Shown: one piece after another, positions 8,377 to 15,514 of the stretch
How positions within the stretch are numbered: the stretch's first letter is position 1
Layout: each line of letters begins with the position of its first letter
DNA from: an uncultured bacterium
GTDB lineage: Bacteria > CAIJMQ01
Direction of reading: 5' to 3'
NCBI GenBank assembly: GCA_964573245.1
Contig: CAZNJA010000024.1
Location: 1-18,492, forward strand
DNA: 18,492 bases
The notes under the pieces: generated by a model
What the model was told of the DNA's origin: nothing
Database searches by the model: none
What the model saw: the letters and a program-made list of their open reading frames with translations, nothing else
Translations under genes and position numbers: made by a program

Positions 8377-9567
8377 ATGCGGAAAAAAGAATCTATCAGA
8401 GAAAGGATTGAATCGCAGGAAGAAGCATTGTTGGCTTGCTATAGTTCCAAAAGCAAAGACGCAAAAAGGCATTTCAAAGAAAACAAAGACCTTTACCGAA
8501 GTGCTTTTCAAAGAGACAGAGACCGAATAATTTATTCGTCGGCTTTCAGAAGATTGCAGTACAAAACGCAGGTCTTCCTCGTACACGAAGCCGATTTTTA
8601 CCGCACCCGTCTTACTCACACCATAGAAGTGATGCAACATGCCCGCACTTTGGCGAGAGTTTTAAAAGCGAACGAAGATTTGGCTGAAGCCATTTCTCTT
8701 GTCCATGACATAGGACATCCGCCTTTTGGCCACGCGGGCGAAGAGGAACTCAATGAACTTTTAAAAGAGCACGGAGGATTTAATCATAACCTTCAAGGGT
8801 TACGCATTGTAGGCAAATTGGAAAAAAGATATGTCGATTTTGACGGATTGAATCTTACATGGCAAGTTAGAGAGGGAATTGCACGTCATTCGACAGCCTA
8901 TGACAATTTCACTCCCCCAAAAGAATTCCTACGCTTCCTACAGCCGAGTATAGAAACGCAAATAGTGTCAGTCGCGGATGAATTGGCATTTTTGGCACAC
9001 GATTTGGATGACGGTTTAAGAATAGGCCTCATCACGGAAGAAACCTTACGGAAAAACCTATTATGGAGAAAAGTTTTCGCCAAAGCGCAAAAAGAAGTGG
9101 ATTCTCATAACAAAGAACTTTTATATCGCAGAACCGTGAGACATTTAATTGAATATTGCAATGTGGGTGTAATGAACCAGACGTTCAAAAATATAGAAGA
9201 AAAAAATATCTCGAGTCCGCAGGAGCTTAGAAAATTATCTCATCCGCTTGTTAGTTTCCCGAAAGACGAAGTAAAAGAACTGGAGCATTTAAGAAACATA
9301 TTGGAAAAAGAAGTATATCAACATCCTAATGTATTGTTGATGATAGAAAAAGGCAGGGAAATAATAAGAAGTCTTTTTAAGAAATTCAGCGACAATTGCA
9401 GATTGCTGCCAAGAGGTGTCCAGAAAAAAATAGAAAAAAACAAAAAACAAAAGTTAGTATTAATTTCGGATTATATCGCCGGCATGACCGACCGCTATGC
9501 TATGGATACTTACGATATGATTTTCCAGCCGCATATGAAAATTCTTTCCCAAATAGGCAGGAGATAA
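8377..9567 (+). CDS. dgt: dNTP (dGTP) triphosphohydrolase, HD family
   Basis: FQRDRDRIIYSSAFRRLQYKTQVF, RTRLTHTIEV, HDIGHPPFGHAGE, GLNLT, HDLDDG, DYIAGMTDRYA. Confidence 0.94.
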   Translation: MRKKESIRERIESQEEALLACYSSKSKDAKRHFKENKDLYRSAFQRDRDRIIYSSAFRRLQYKTQVFLVHEADFYRTRLTHTIEVMQHARTLARVLKANEDLAEAISLVHDIGHPPFGHAGEEELNELLKEHGGFNHNLQGLRIVGKLEKRYVDFDGLNLTWQVREGIARHSTAYDNFTPPKEFLRFLQPSIETQIVSVADELAFLAHDLDDGLRIGLITEETLRKNLLWRKVFAKAQKEVDSHNKELLYRRTVRHLIEYCNVGVMNQTFKNIEEKNISSPQELRKLSHPLVSFPKDEVKELEHLRNILEKEVYQHPNVLLMIEKGREIIRSLFKKFSDNCRLLPRGVQKKIEKNKKQKLVLISDYIAGMTDRYAMDTYDMIFQPHMKILSQIGRR

Positions 9568-9599
9568 TTTAAAAAATCCGAACAGGCAGAACAAACGGA

Positions 9600-10499
9600 A
9601 TGATTACAGTTATTTTGGCGGGAGGATTTGGTACGAGACTTGCTCCTCTTACCGAACATCATGCCAAAGCGCTGCTTCCTGTGGCTGATAGACCTATTAT
9701 CGACTGGATAATAGAAAGAATCCCTTCCTCAAAAGTTTTTCTCTCAACAAACGAAAAGTTTGCCCCCGACTTCGAAAAATGGGCAAAAGATAGACCCATA
9801 GAAATTATATCGGAAAAAGCGACAAGCAACGAAGAAAAGTTGGGCGCCGTCGGTGGGATTCTTTATGTGATTCAAAACAAAAAAATAACGGAGCCAATAC
9901 TGCTTGTAAGCGGAGATAACATCTTCGATTTTTCTTTGAAAGACATCGCAGAAAACGAGCAAAATATTATCAACCTTTTATACGACATAAAAGACACAGA
10001 AAAAATCAAAGGCAAATACGGCAATGCACGCGTTGAAAACGGATTTATAACTGAATTTCTGGAAAAACCCCAAAATCCTGTCTCGTCTTTTGTGTCGGCA
10101 GGCATATATTATTTGCCTGTTTCCAGTTTTGCATACATAAAGGAATTTTATGAAAGCGATTACAGCGACAAAGACAATATCGGGTCTTTGCTTAAATGGA
10201 TGAACAAGGAAAAAAACCAAAAAATCAAAGCAGTTATCAAGCAAGGGCTTTGGCTTGATATCGGTTCAAGAGAGTCCTACATACAGGCAAACCAAGTTCT
10301 CTGTAAGCAGGATTTGTTCGTCTCTCCGTCTGCAAAAGTCCTGAATTCATCCGTAAAAAACTCGGTAATCCTTAAAAATTGCCATATAAAAAATTCTGAA
10401 ATAGAAGGATGCGTGATAGACGAAGATTGCCTTATCGAAAACTCACAGATTAAAGATAAAATAGTTGGAAAGGGAGAGAGAATAATAAATCGCAAATGA
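9600..10499 (+). CDS. Sugar-phosphate nucleotidyltransferase (NDP-sugar synthase) with a short C-terminal left-handed beta-helix
   Basis: [14 protein letters not shown]...KALLPV, GDN, FLEKP, AGIY, WLDIG, and hexapeptide-like repeats ([28 protein letters not shown]). Substrate cannot be determined. Confidence 0.88.
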   Translation: MITVILAGGFGTRLAPLTEHHAKALLPVADRPIIDWIIERIPSSKVFLSTNEKFAPDFEKWAKDRPIEIISEKATSNEEKLGAVGGILYVIQNKKITEPILLVSGDNIFDFSLKDIAENEQNIINLLYDIKDTEKIKGKYGNARVENGFITEFLEKPQNPVSSFVSAGIYYLPVSSFAYIKEFYESDYSDKDNIGSLLKWMNKEKNQKIKAVIKQGLWLDIGSRESYIQANQVLCKQDLFVSPSAKVLNSSVKNSVILKNCHIKNSEIEGCVIDEDCLIENSQIKDKIVGKGERIINRK

Positions 10500-10915
10500 A
10501 ACCAATCAATTTATCCGCGCAAAAACAGCATGAGCTCGAAATCCGCATGCAAAAGTTAAGAGTTTTTGAGAACGACATAGAAGAAAAATTTATCCGTTCA
10601 TCCGGTCCCGGCGGGCAAAACGTAAATAAAGTATCAACCTGTGTTGTATTAACCCATATCCCGACAGGACTTTTGGTTAAATGCCAACAAACACGCTATC
10701 AAGCATTGAACCGCTTTCTTGCAAGAAGACGCCTTCTTGATTTAATAGAAAAAAAACAGAAAGGTTATATTGAAGCAGAAAGAAAACGCATAGAAAAAAT
10801 CCGCCGGCAAAAAAGAAGACGCTCAAAAAGAGCCAAAGAAAAAATGCTGGAGGCAAAACGCAGGCAATCGGAGAAAAAAACGCTAAGGGCTAAAGTAAAA
10901 AGCAACGAGGAGTAG
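10496..10915 (+). CDS. Stand-alone class I release-factor GGQ-domain protein (ArfB/C12orf65-like peptidyl-tRNA hydrolase)
   Basis: [12 protein letters not shown] (GGQ at 10610-10618), HIPTG, and a very basic C-terminal tail. At 139 aa it has no codon-recognition domains. Confidence 0.9.
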   Translation: MKPINLSAQKQHELEIRMQKLRVFENDIEEKFIRSSGPGGQNVNKVSTCVVLTHIPTGLLVKCQQTRYQALNRFLARRRLLDLIEKKQKGYIEAERKRIEKIRRQKRRRSKRAKEKMLEAKRRQSEKKTLRAKVKSNEE

Positions 10916-10934
10916 ATAAATAAGGGGACTTTTT

Positions 10935-11582
10935 ATGAAAAGGTGGGCTTTTTTAACGGTTCTTTTGTATGTTTTATGTGCGGCAATATTGGGTATTCCG
11001 GTATATCTTTACTTGGGTGAGGATGCCGGTGATTTATCTCTATTTTTCTATATATACCTATTTCCGGTTTTGGTTTTAGTTCAGATTATCTTGTTGCTGG
11101 TGCCTGTAGCAGTAGCCGAAAAAAGACCGGTGGGAAGAAGAAGTATTAAGACATCTGCTATATTTGGCGCAATCCCGATGGCTTTTTTGGGGATGTTCTT
11201 TGTTATTTCTGTTGTTTTAATGATTTTGGGCGAAGATGCATCTGACAAATATATATATAACTGGCCTATTCTGTTTGTGCCGGGAATTTTATGGTTCTTG
11301 TGGGGTTTTTTGTTTTATAAAAATTATTCCGCCGATAACCCCAACAAATTTACAACGGTAGTTACACGCTGGTTATTAAAGGGAAGTATTCTGGAACTAT
11401 TAGTAGCAATCCCCAGCCACATAATATCCCGACACAGGGAAGAATGCTGCGCTCCCCCGATTACATTTATAGGAATTATAACCGGCTTGGCAATCGCTTT
11501 ACTTTCTTTCGGCCCCGGCGTCTTTTTCTTATTTGCTAAAAGAATAAAGGATAAAAGAGCAAGAGGGGAACGTAGGATTTAA
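10935..11582 (+). CDS. Hypothetical polytopic membrane protein (about 6 TM)
   Basis: 215-aa ORF with alternating hydrophobic segments, SD-like AAGGGG upstream, and a distinctive ELLVAIPSHIISRHREECCAP segment. Confidence 0.8.
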   Translation: MKRWAFLTVLLYVLCAAILGIPVYLYLGEDAGDLSLFFYIYLFPVLVLVQIILLLVPVAVAEKRPVGRRSIKTSAIFGAIPMAFLGMFFVISVVLMILGEDASDKYIYNWPILFVPGILWFLWGFLFYKNYSADNPNKFTTVVTRWLLKGSILELLVAIPSHIISRHREECCAPPITFIGIITGLAIALLSFGPGVFFLFAKRIKDKRARGERRI

Positions 11583-11607
11583 GAATAATTAAATAAATAG
11601 GTGTGAA

Positions 11608-12228
11608 ATGCGTTTAAATTTAAATGTTGGGGGCATGACTGTTAAGCAATTGAAGGATAAAGCATTAATAAAAAAGTTAGAACAAAAATATAAGCATTTT
11701 AAAAAGATGAGGGCAGAAATTATTGAGGAAGCACTATACATTGAAAATCTCCTAACAGTTACAATATTACATTTTTTAGTTGGCACAGACTATTCACGAC
11801 ATGGTTTATTGCGAGCACTAATCTTTGAATCTGAATTTTGCACATTTATGAATAAACGTAAAATGTTGTCAAATATATTTCAAATGTACAGTGATAAAAT
11901 TACTTGTATAAGTGCAAAAGAATCTAAATTATTACGAAGTCAATTAAATCATTTAATTTTAGAAAGAGATATGGTTGTTCATGGTGATATTTTTATTAAG
12001 GGTTTAACGGGGAAGGTTCTAATCGAATACTATAGAGGAGAGCCACTAGAACAAGAAATAGATGATAACTTTTTAAAGAGTTTTAAAAAAAGATGTAAGC
12101 TTGTAGATAGGCTTCTCTCAAAAACAAATGAGTATTTTAGAAGAAATCGAGTAGACTATCCAGAGAAAAAATCTAGCATTATTCCGTTCTCTATGAAAAG
12201 GAAAAAGGTTGAATCCGTGGTAAAATAA
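11608..12228 (+). CDS. Hypothetical AT-rich protein, possible HEPN-like domain
   Basis: 206-aa ORF with SD-like AGGTG at 11599-11603. Helical character; R120-D-M-V-V-H125 fits Rx4H. The CDS is likely; the function is tentative. Confidence 0.65.
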   Translation: MRLNLNVGGMTVKQLKDKALIKKLEQKYKHFKKMRAEIIEEALYIENLLTVTILHFLVGTDYSRHGLLRALIFESEFCTFMNKRKMLSNIFQMYSDKITCISAKESKLLRSQLNHLILERDMVVHGDIFIKGLTGKVLIEYYRGEPLEQEIDDNFLKSFKKRCKLVDRLLSKTNEYFRRNRVDYPEKKSSIIPFSMKRKKVESVVK

Positions 12229-12241
12229 TTTAGGAATAGCG

Positions 12242-12853
12242 TTACTCTATCCCCCTAACCCTCTTCACAAACTCCTCTAACTTCTTCTTGTCTTTTTTGC
12301 CGGGGGAGGATTCTACGCCGGAAGATACATCTACTGCGTAGGGTTGGACTTTTTGAATTGCTTCTTCAACGTTATCTGGATTTAGCCCGCCTGCCAGTAT
12401 TATCGGCCCGAATTTTTTAGCTTCTACTGCCAGGTCCCAGTTAAATGTTTCGCCTGTACCTCCAAATTCTTTGGATGAATAAGTATCCAATAGATAAGCG
12501 CTTACTTTATAGTCGGGAATAATTTTTAAGGAATTTTTATCTTTAATCCTGAATGATTTGATTACCTGTTCTCTGAATTTCAGTGTGTATGAAGGTGATT
12601 CATCTCCATGGAATTGAAGCAGGTCAAGACCGCAGAATTCAAGTGCCTCTCTTACTTTTTTTTCTGTTTCGTTGACAAATACACCGACTGTTAGAGTAGA
12701 CGGTGGAATCTCATCAATAATTTTGCTGGCATCTTCAGGGGTTAATTTTCTTTCGCTTTTGGCAAATACGAAACCGAGCATATCTACTCCGAGTGAATGC
12801 GCAAAAAGCGCATCTTTTAAATTCGTTATCCCACAAACCTTTATTTTAACCAT
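12242..12853 (-). CDS. trpF: Phosphoribosylanthranilate isomerase
   Basis: KIKVCGIT, LGFVF, VGVFVN, QFHGDE, LLDT, GGTGETFNW, LAGGLNPDNV, VDVSSGVE. Confidence 0.97.
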   Translation of the reverse strand: MVKIKVCGITNLKDALFAHSLGVDMLGFVFAKSERKLTPEDASKIIDEIPPSTLTVGVFVNETEKKVREALEFCGLDLLQFHGDESPSYTLKFREQVIKSFRIKDKNSLKIIPDYKVSAYLLDTYSSKEFGGTGETFNWDLAVEAKKFGPIILAGGLNPDNVEEAIQKVQPYAVDVSSGVESSPGKKDKKKLEEFVKRVRGIE

Positions 12854-12871
12854 CTTTTAAAATATCACAAC

Positions 12872-12941
12872 GATTCTAGATACCAGATTCTAGTTACTAG
12901 TAGAAGATTTTACTAGTATCAAGTATCTAGCATCCAGCGTC
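12872..12941. repeat. Inverted array of degenerate 7-bp repeats forming a long hairpin
   Basis: GATTCTA-GATACCA-GATTCTA-GTTACTA (12872-12899), a short spacer, then TAGTATC-AAGTATC-TAGCATC-CAGCGTC (12914-12941). Confidence 0.7.
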
Positions 12942-13526
12942 AATTGTTTTAAGGTATTCTCTCACTTTCTTAAAAGCCATTGCTCTGTGTGAAATCTTAT
13001 TCTTTATCTTATCTCCGAGTTCTGCGAATGTTTTGTTATATTCCGGTATGAGAAAGACCGGGTCGTAGCCGAAACCCGATGTGCCGTGTGGAACTGTTGT
13101 GATTATTCCTTCTATTGTGCCGTTGAATATTTCCTTTCTGCCGTCGGGAAAAACCAAAGCGGCAACACATCTGAACCGTGCTTTTCTGTTCTCTTCCGGG
13201 ACATTCTCCATCATTTTAAGCAGGTTATTGTTGTTATCGGCGTATGTGGCATTTTCTCCGGCAAAACGTGATGAATATACTCCGGGAGCGCCGTTAAGGT
13301 AATCCACTTCAAGCCCCGAATCATCCGCCAAAGCGGGCTTCCCTGTTTCTTTCATCCAAGCGTTGGCTTTTTTTATCGCATTTTCTTCCAAAGTTTTCCC
13401 GTCTTCTTTAACCGAAAGTTCCCGCGGGTGTTCGTCAAAAGTTATGATGTTAACAGGAAGCCCTTTAAGTATTTCCCTAATCTCTTTTATTTTATCTTCG
13501 TTTTTAGTAGCGAGAACTATTTCCAT
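12927..13526 (-). CDS. rdgB: XTP/dITP diphosphatase (Ham1 family non-canonical purine NTP pyrophosphatase)
   Basis: LATKNEDKIKE, EDGKTLEENAIKKA, ADDSGLEVD, GAPGVYSSRF, GFGYDPVF, KNKISHR. Confidence 0.96.
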   Translation of the reverse strand: MEIVLATKNEDKIKEIREILKGLPVNIITFDEHPRELSVKEDGKTLEENAIKKANAWMKETGKPALADDSGLEVDYLNGAPGVYSSRFAGENATYADNNNNLLKMMENVPEENRKARFRCVAALVFPDGRKEIFNGTIEGIITTVPHGTSGFGYDPVFLIPEYNKTFAELGDKIKNKISHRAMAFKKVREYLKTIDAGC

Positions 13527-13540
13527 TTCTTTTAGAAATT

Positions 13541-13694
13541 GATTACACGGATTATTAAATGCAGATTACACAGGTTTTTAGTTGTTAATCCTTAATCAGT
13601 GTAACCGCTAGTAAATGATAGCAGAAATTATAGCAAAATGTTAAAGTATTAGGTTTTTACTCAATTCTTAATCCTGAATACTTAATCCTGTATT
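13541..13694. repeat. Degenerate short-period repeats in the rdgB / radical SAM divergent intergenic region
   Basis: GATTACAC occurs at 13541 and 13564. GATTACACGGATTA (13541-13554) has an inverted copy TAATCAGTGTAACC (13593-13606, 12/14). A heptamer run CTCAATT-CTTAATC-CTGAATA-CTTAATC-CTGTATT spans 13660-13694. Confidence 0.6.
13627..13635 (-). promoter_or_regulatory. Candidate extended -10 promoter for rdgB-trpF
   Basis: The minus strand reads TGCTATAAT (TGnTATAAT) about 100 bp upstream of the rdgB start. There is no consensus -35. Confidence 0.45.
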
Positions 13695-13698
13695 TATT

Positions 13699-15171
13699 AT
13701 GCAAAACATTTTACTAATTAATCCCTGGATATGCGATTTTGCGGCGTATGATTTATGGATGAGGCCTGTCGGACTTCTGCGGATTGCGTCTCTTTTAAAA
13801 GCGCACGGTTATAATATTTCTTATATAGATTTTCTCGACCGTCACCATCCCAAAATAAAAAAATTGATAAGAAGTGATGATTTTGGCTGCGGAAAATTTT
13901 ACAAAAGGCAAATTCCAAAACCGGATAAAATAAAAGATGTCCAGCGCCCTTATTTTATATATGGGTTGCCTGAAGAGTTGATAAAAGAAGAAGTAAAAAA
14001 TGTTTTTAAGCCCGATGTTATCTTTATGACATCGGGAATGACGTACTGGTATCCTGGGCTGGAATATACCTCGCAATTTTTGAAGAAAAAATTTCCCGAT
14101 ATCCCGATTGTTCTTGGCGGCATATATGCAACCTTGCTCCCAAAACACGCAAAGAGTTTAAAGGGTATAGATTATGTAGTAACAGGGAGTGATTTGTCCG
14201 CGCACCAGTCCCAAACCGATGCTGGTTCGGGACGGTGCGGGATTTCGCCCAACAATGAAGTTCCACATACAAAGGTGGCTACACCGTCGGTTTGTTCTCA
14301 AGTTTCCGAAATCTTAGGCCAGGATGTAAAATCTCCCGAGAATTATCTTTACCCTGAATATTCCTTACTTTCCGATACTTCATCCTTGGTAATAGAAACT
14401 TCCAAAGGTTGTCCGTTTAATTGTTCTTACTGCGGGTCAAAACAACTAAATAAAAGTTTCGTTCAAAGAGCTCCCGAAGAGGTTGTTGAAGAAATAGAAT
14501 TTTACCGAAAAAACTACGGGGTTAAAGATATTGCTTTCTATGATGATGCTCTTTTGGTTAATGCCGATGAACATATTATTCCTATTATGGACGGGGTTTT
14601 GGAAAGAGAAATCGCTGTAAACCCCCACACCAAAGGTTTTCCTGCCCGCCAAGATTTGGCAGGCGGGGGTGTGGGGGTAAACTTTCATACCCCTAACGGC
14701 TTACATGTAAGGTTTATAGATAAGAAATTGGCGAAGAAACTGAAAGAGGCAAATTTCAAAACTATAACGTTATCTTTTGAAACGATTAATCCTGTTCGCC
14801 AGAGAAATACCGGAGGTAAAGTTACTACCGAGGAATTCAAGACAGCGATTGAAAATTTAAAAAGTGTTGGCTACAGCGGAAGAGAAATTGGTGTATATCT
14901 TATGATGGGGATGCCTTATCAGGGGGGAGAAGAAGTAAAAGAAGGCATTGAATTTCTGCATAAACTTAAAATTCATATTACCCTTGTTACATATTCGCTT
15001 GTTCCAAATACTATGGACGCAAAGGCGTTGCTGGAGAAAGGAATAATAAGTACGGATTTAGACCCATTATGGCACAACGATACTATTTTTCCGCTTGTGG
15101 AGGGCAATTTTTCGCTTGAGGAGATAAGAAAACTAAGAAATTATGTTTCAATTCTAAATAGAAAACTTTAA
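13699..15171 (+). CDS. B12-binding-domain radical SAM protein carrying two in-frame palindromic insertions
   Basis: N-terminal ILLINPWICDFAAYDLW..P.GLL, TSGMTYWYPG, VLGGIYATL (cobalamin-binding-like domain). The radical SAM core has TSKGCPFNCSYC (CxxxCxxC), FYDDALL, FHTPNGLH and YLMMGMP. Confidence 0.92.
   Translation: MQNILLINPWICDFAAYDLWMRPVGLLRIASLLKAHGYNISYIDFLDRHHPKIKKLIRSDDFGCGKFYKRQIPKPDKIKDVQRPYFIYGLPEELIKEEVKNVFKPDVIFMTSGMTYWYPGLEYTSQFLKKKFPDIPIVLGGIYATLLPKHAKSLKGIDYVVTGSDLSAHQSQTDAGSGRCGISPNNEVPHTKVATPSVCSQVSEILGQDVKSPENYLYPEYSLLSDTSSLVIETSKGCPFNCSYCGSKQLNKSFVQRAPEEVVEEIEFYRKNYGVKDIAFYDDALLVNADEHIIPIMDGVLEREIAVNPHTKGFPARQDLAGGGVGVNFHTPNGLHVRFIDKKLAKKLKEANFKTITLSFETINPVRQRNTGGKVTTEEFKTAIENLKSVGYSGREIGVYLMMGMPYQGGEEVKEGIEFLHKLKIHITLVTYSLVPNTMDAKALLEKGIISTDLDPLWHNDTIFPLVEGNFSLEEIRKLRNYVSILNRKL
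14193..14295. repeat. In-frame insertion of about 99 bp made of two tandem hairpins
   Basis: TTTG|TCC(G)CGCACC-A-GTCCCAAACC-6nt-GGTTCGGGAC-GGTGCGGGA|TTTC|..CCAACAATG..CCAC-8nt-GTGG..CACCGTCGG|TTTG. It encodes SAHQSQTDAGSGRCGISPNNEVPHTKVATPSVC. Confidence 0.65.
14617..14682. mobile_element. 60-bp in-frame nested palindromic insertion bounded by a GTAAAC direct repeat
   Basis: GTAAAC at 14617-14622 and 14677-14682. ACCCCCACACC (14621-14631)/GGTGTGGGGGT (14668-14678) is a perfect inverted repeat. An inner 27-bp hairpin spans 14641-14667. Confidence 0.8.
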
Positions 15172-15292
15172 AAAATACAAATAGATAACATTTCAATTTC
15201 AAAACTCCACAAGTGTTCCTCCGAAGAAAAGACAACCCTACTCTTGTTATTTCAACAGGATTGGCGGATGTCTTATGGGTTTCTGCATAAAG

Positions 15293-15321
15293 TTGAATAT
15301 CCCCATATTATTCACTATAAT
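15293..15321 (+). promoter_or_regulatory. Sigma70-type promoter for tRNA-His
   Basis: TTGAAT (15293-15298), 17-bp spacer, TATAAT (15316-15321), 12 bp before the tRNA. Confidence 0.75.
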
Positions 15322-15333
15322 CCCAGTCAGATT

Positions 15334-15408
15334 GGTGGCTATGGTGTAATGGCAGCACAAGAGACTGTGGCTCTCTTTGTACGAGTTCAAATCTCGTTAG
15401 CCACCCCA
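15334..15408 (+). tRNA. tRNA-His (GUG)
   Basis: G-1, acceptor stem GTGGCTA/TAGCCAC, D arm GTGT..GCAC, anticodon arm AGAGA-CT-GTG-GC-TCTCT (anticodon 15367-15369), T arm ACGAG-TTCAAAT-CTCGT, discriminator C and encoded CCA. The G-1:C73 pair is the His identity element. Confidence 0.97.
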
Positions 15409-15444
15409 GTAATCTCTCTCTCATTCAGAGAGTAGAGAAGATAG

Positions 15445-15478
15445 AAGCCATAATTGCATCAAGCGATTATGGCTTTTT
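15445..15478 (+). terminator. Probable intrinsic terminator after tRNA-His
   Basis: AAGCCATAATTGC-ATCAA-GCGATTATGGCTT is a 13-bp stem with one G-U pair, running into a T tract. Confidence 0.7.
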
Positions 15479-15485
15479 ACTTGAT

Positions 15486-15514
15486 TTGACAATCCAATTA
15501 AATAGTATTAAATT
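15486..15514 (+). promoter_or_regulatory. Sigma70-type promoter for the HTH operon
   Basis: TTGACA (15486-15491), 17-bp spacer, TAAATT (15509-15514). SD AAGGAG at 15543-15548. Confidence 0.65.

Noticed and set aside
14193-14682. Inteins or self-splicing introns as an explanation for the radical SAM inserts
   Set aside because: They are far too short, with no C/S...HN intein termini and no group I/II intron core. RNA-level removal by another route is not excluded.
1160-14688. Remaining short overlapping ORFs in the track (60-150 aa) within ymdB, EndoQ, rhomboid, folP, ftsH, dgt, the nucleotidyltransferase, trpF, rdgB and the radical SAM gene
   Set aside because: They overlap confidently identified genes on the opposite strand or in another frame, and show no motifs or independent translation signals.
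15244-15435. 63-aa ORF
   Set aside because: It overlaps tRNA-His and its promoter, so it is spurious.
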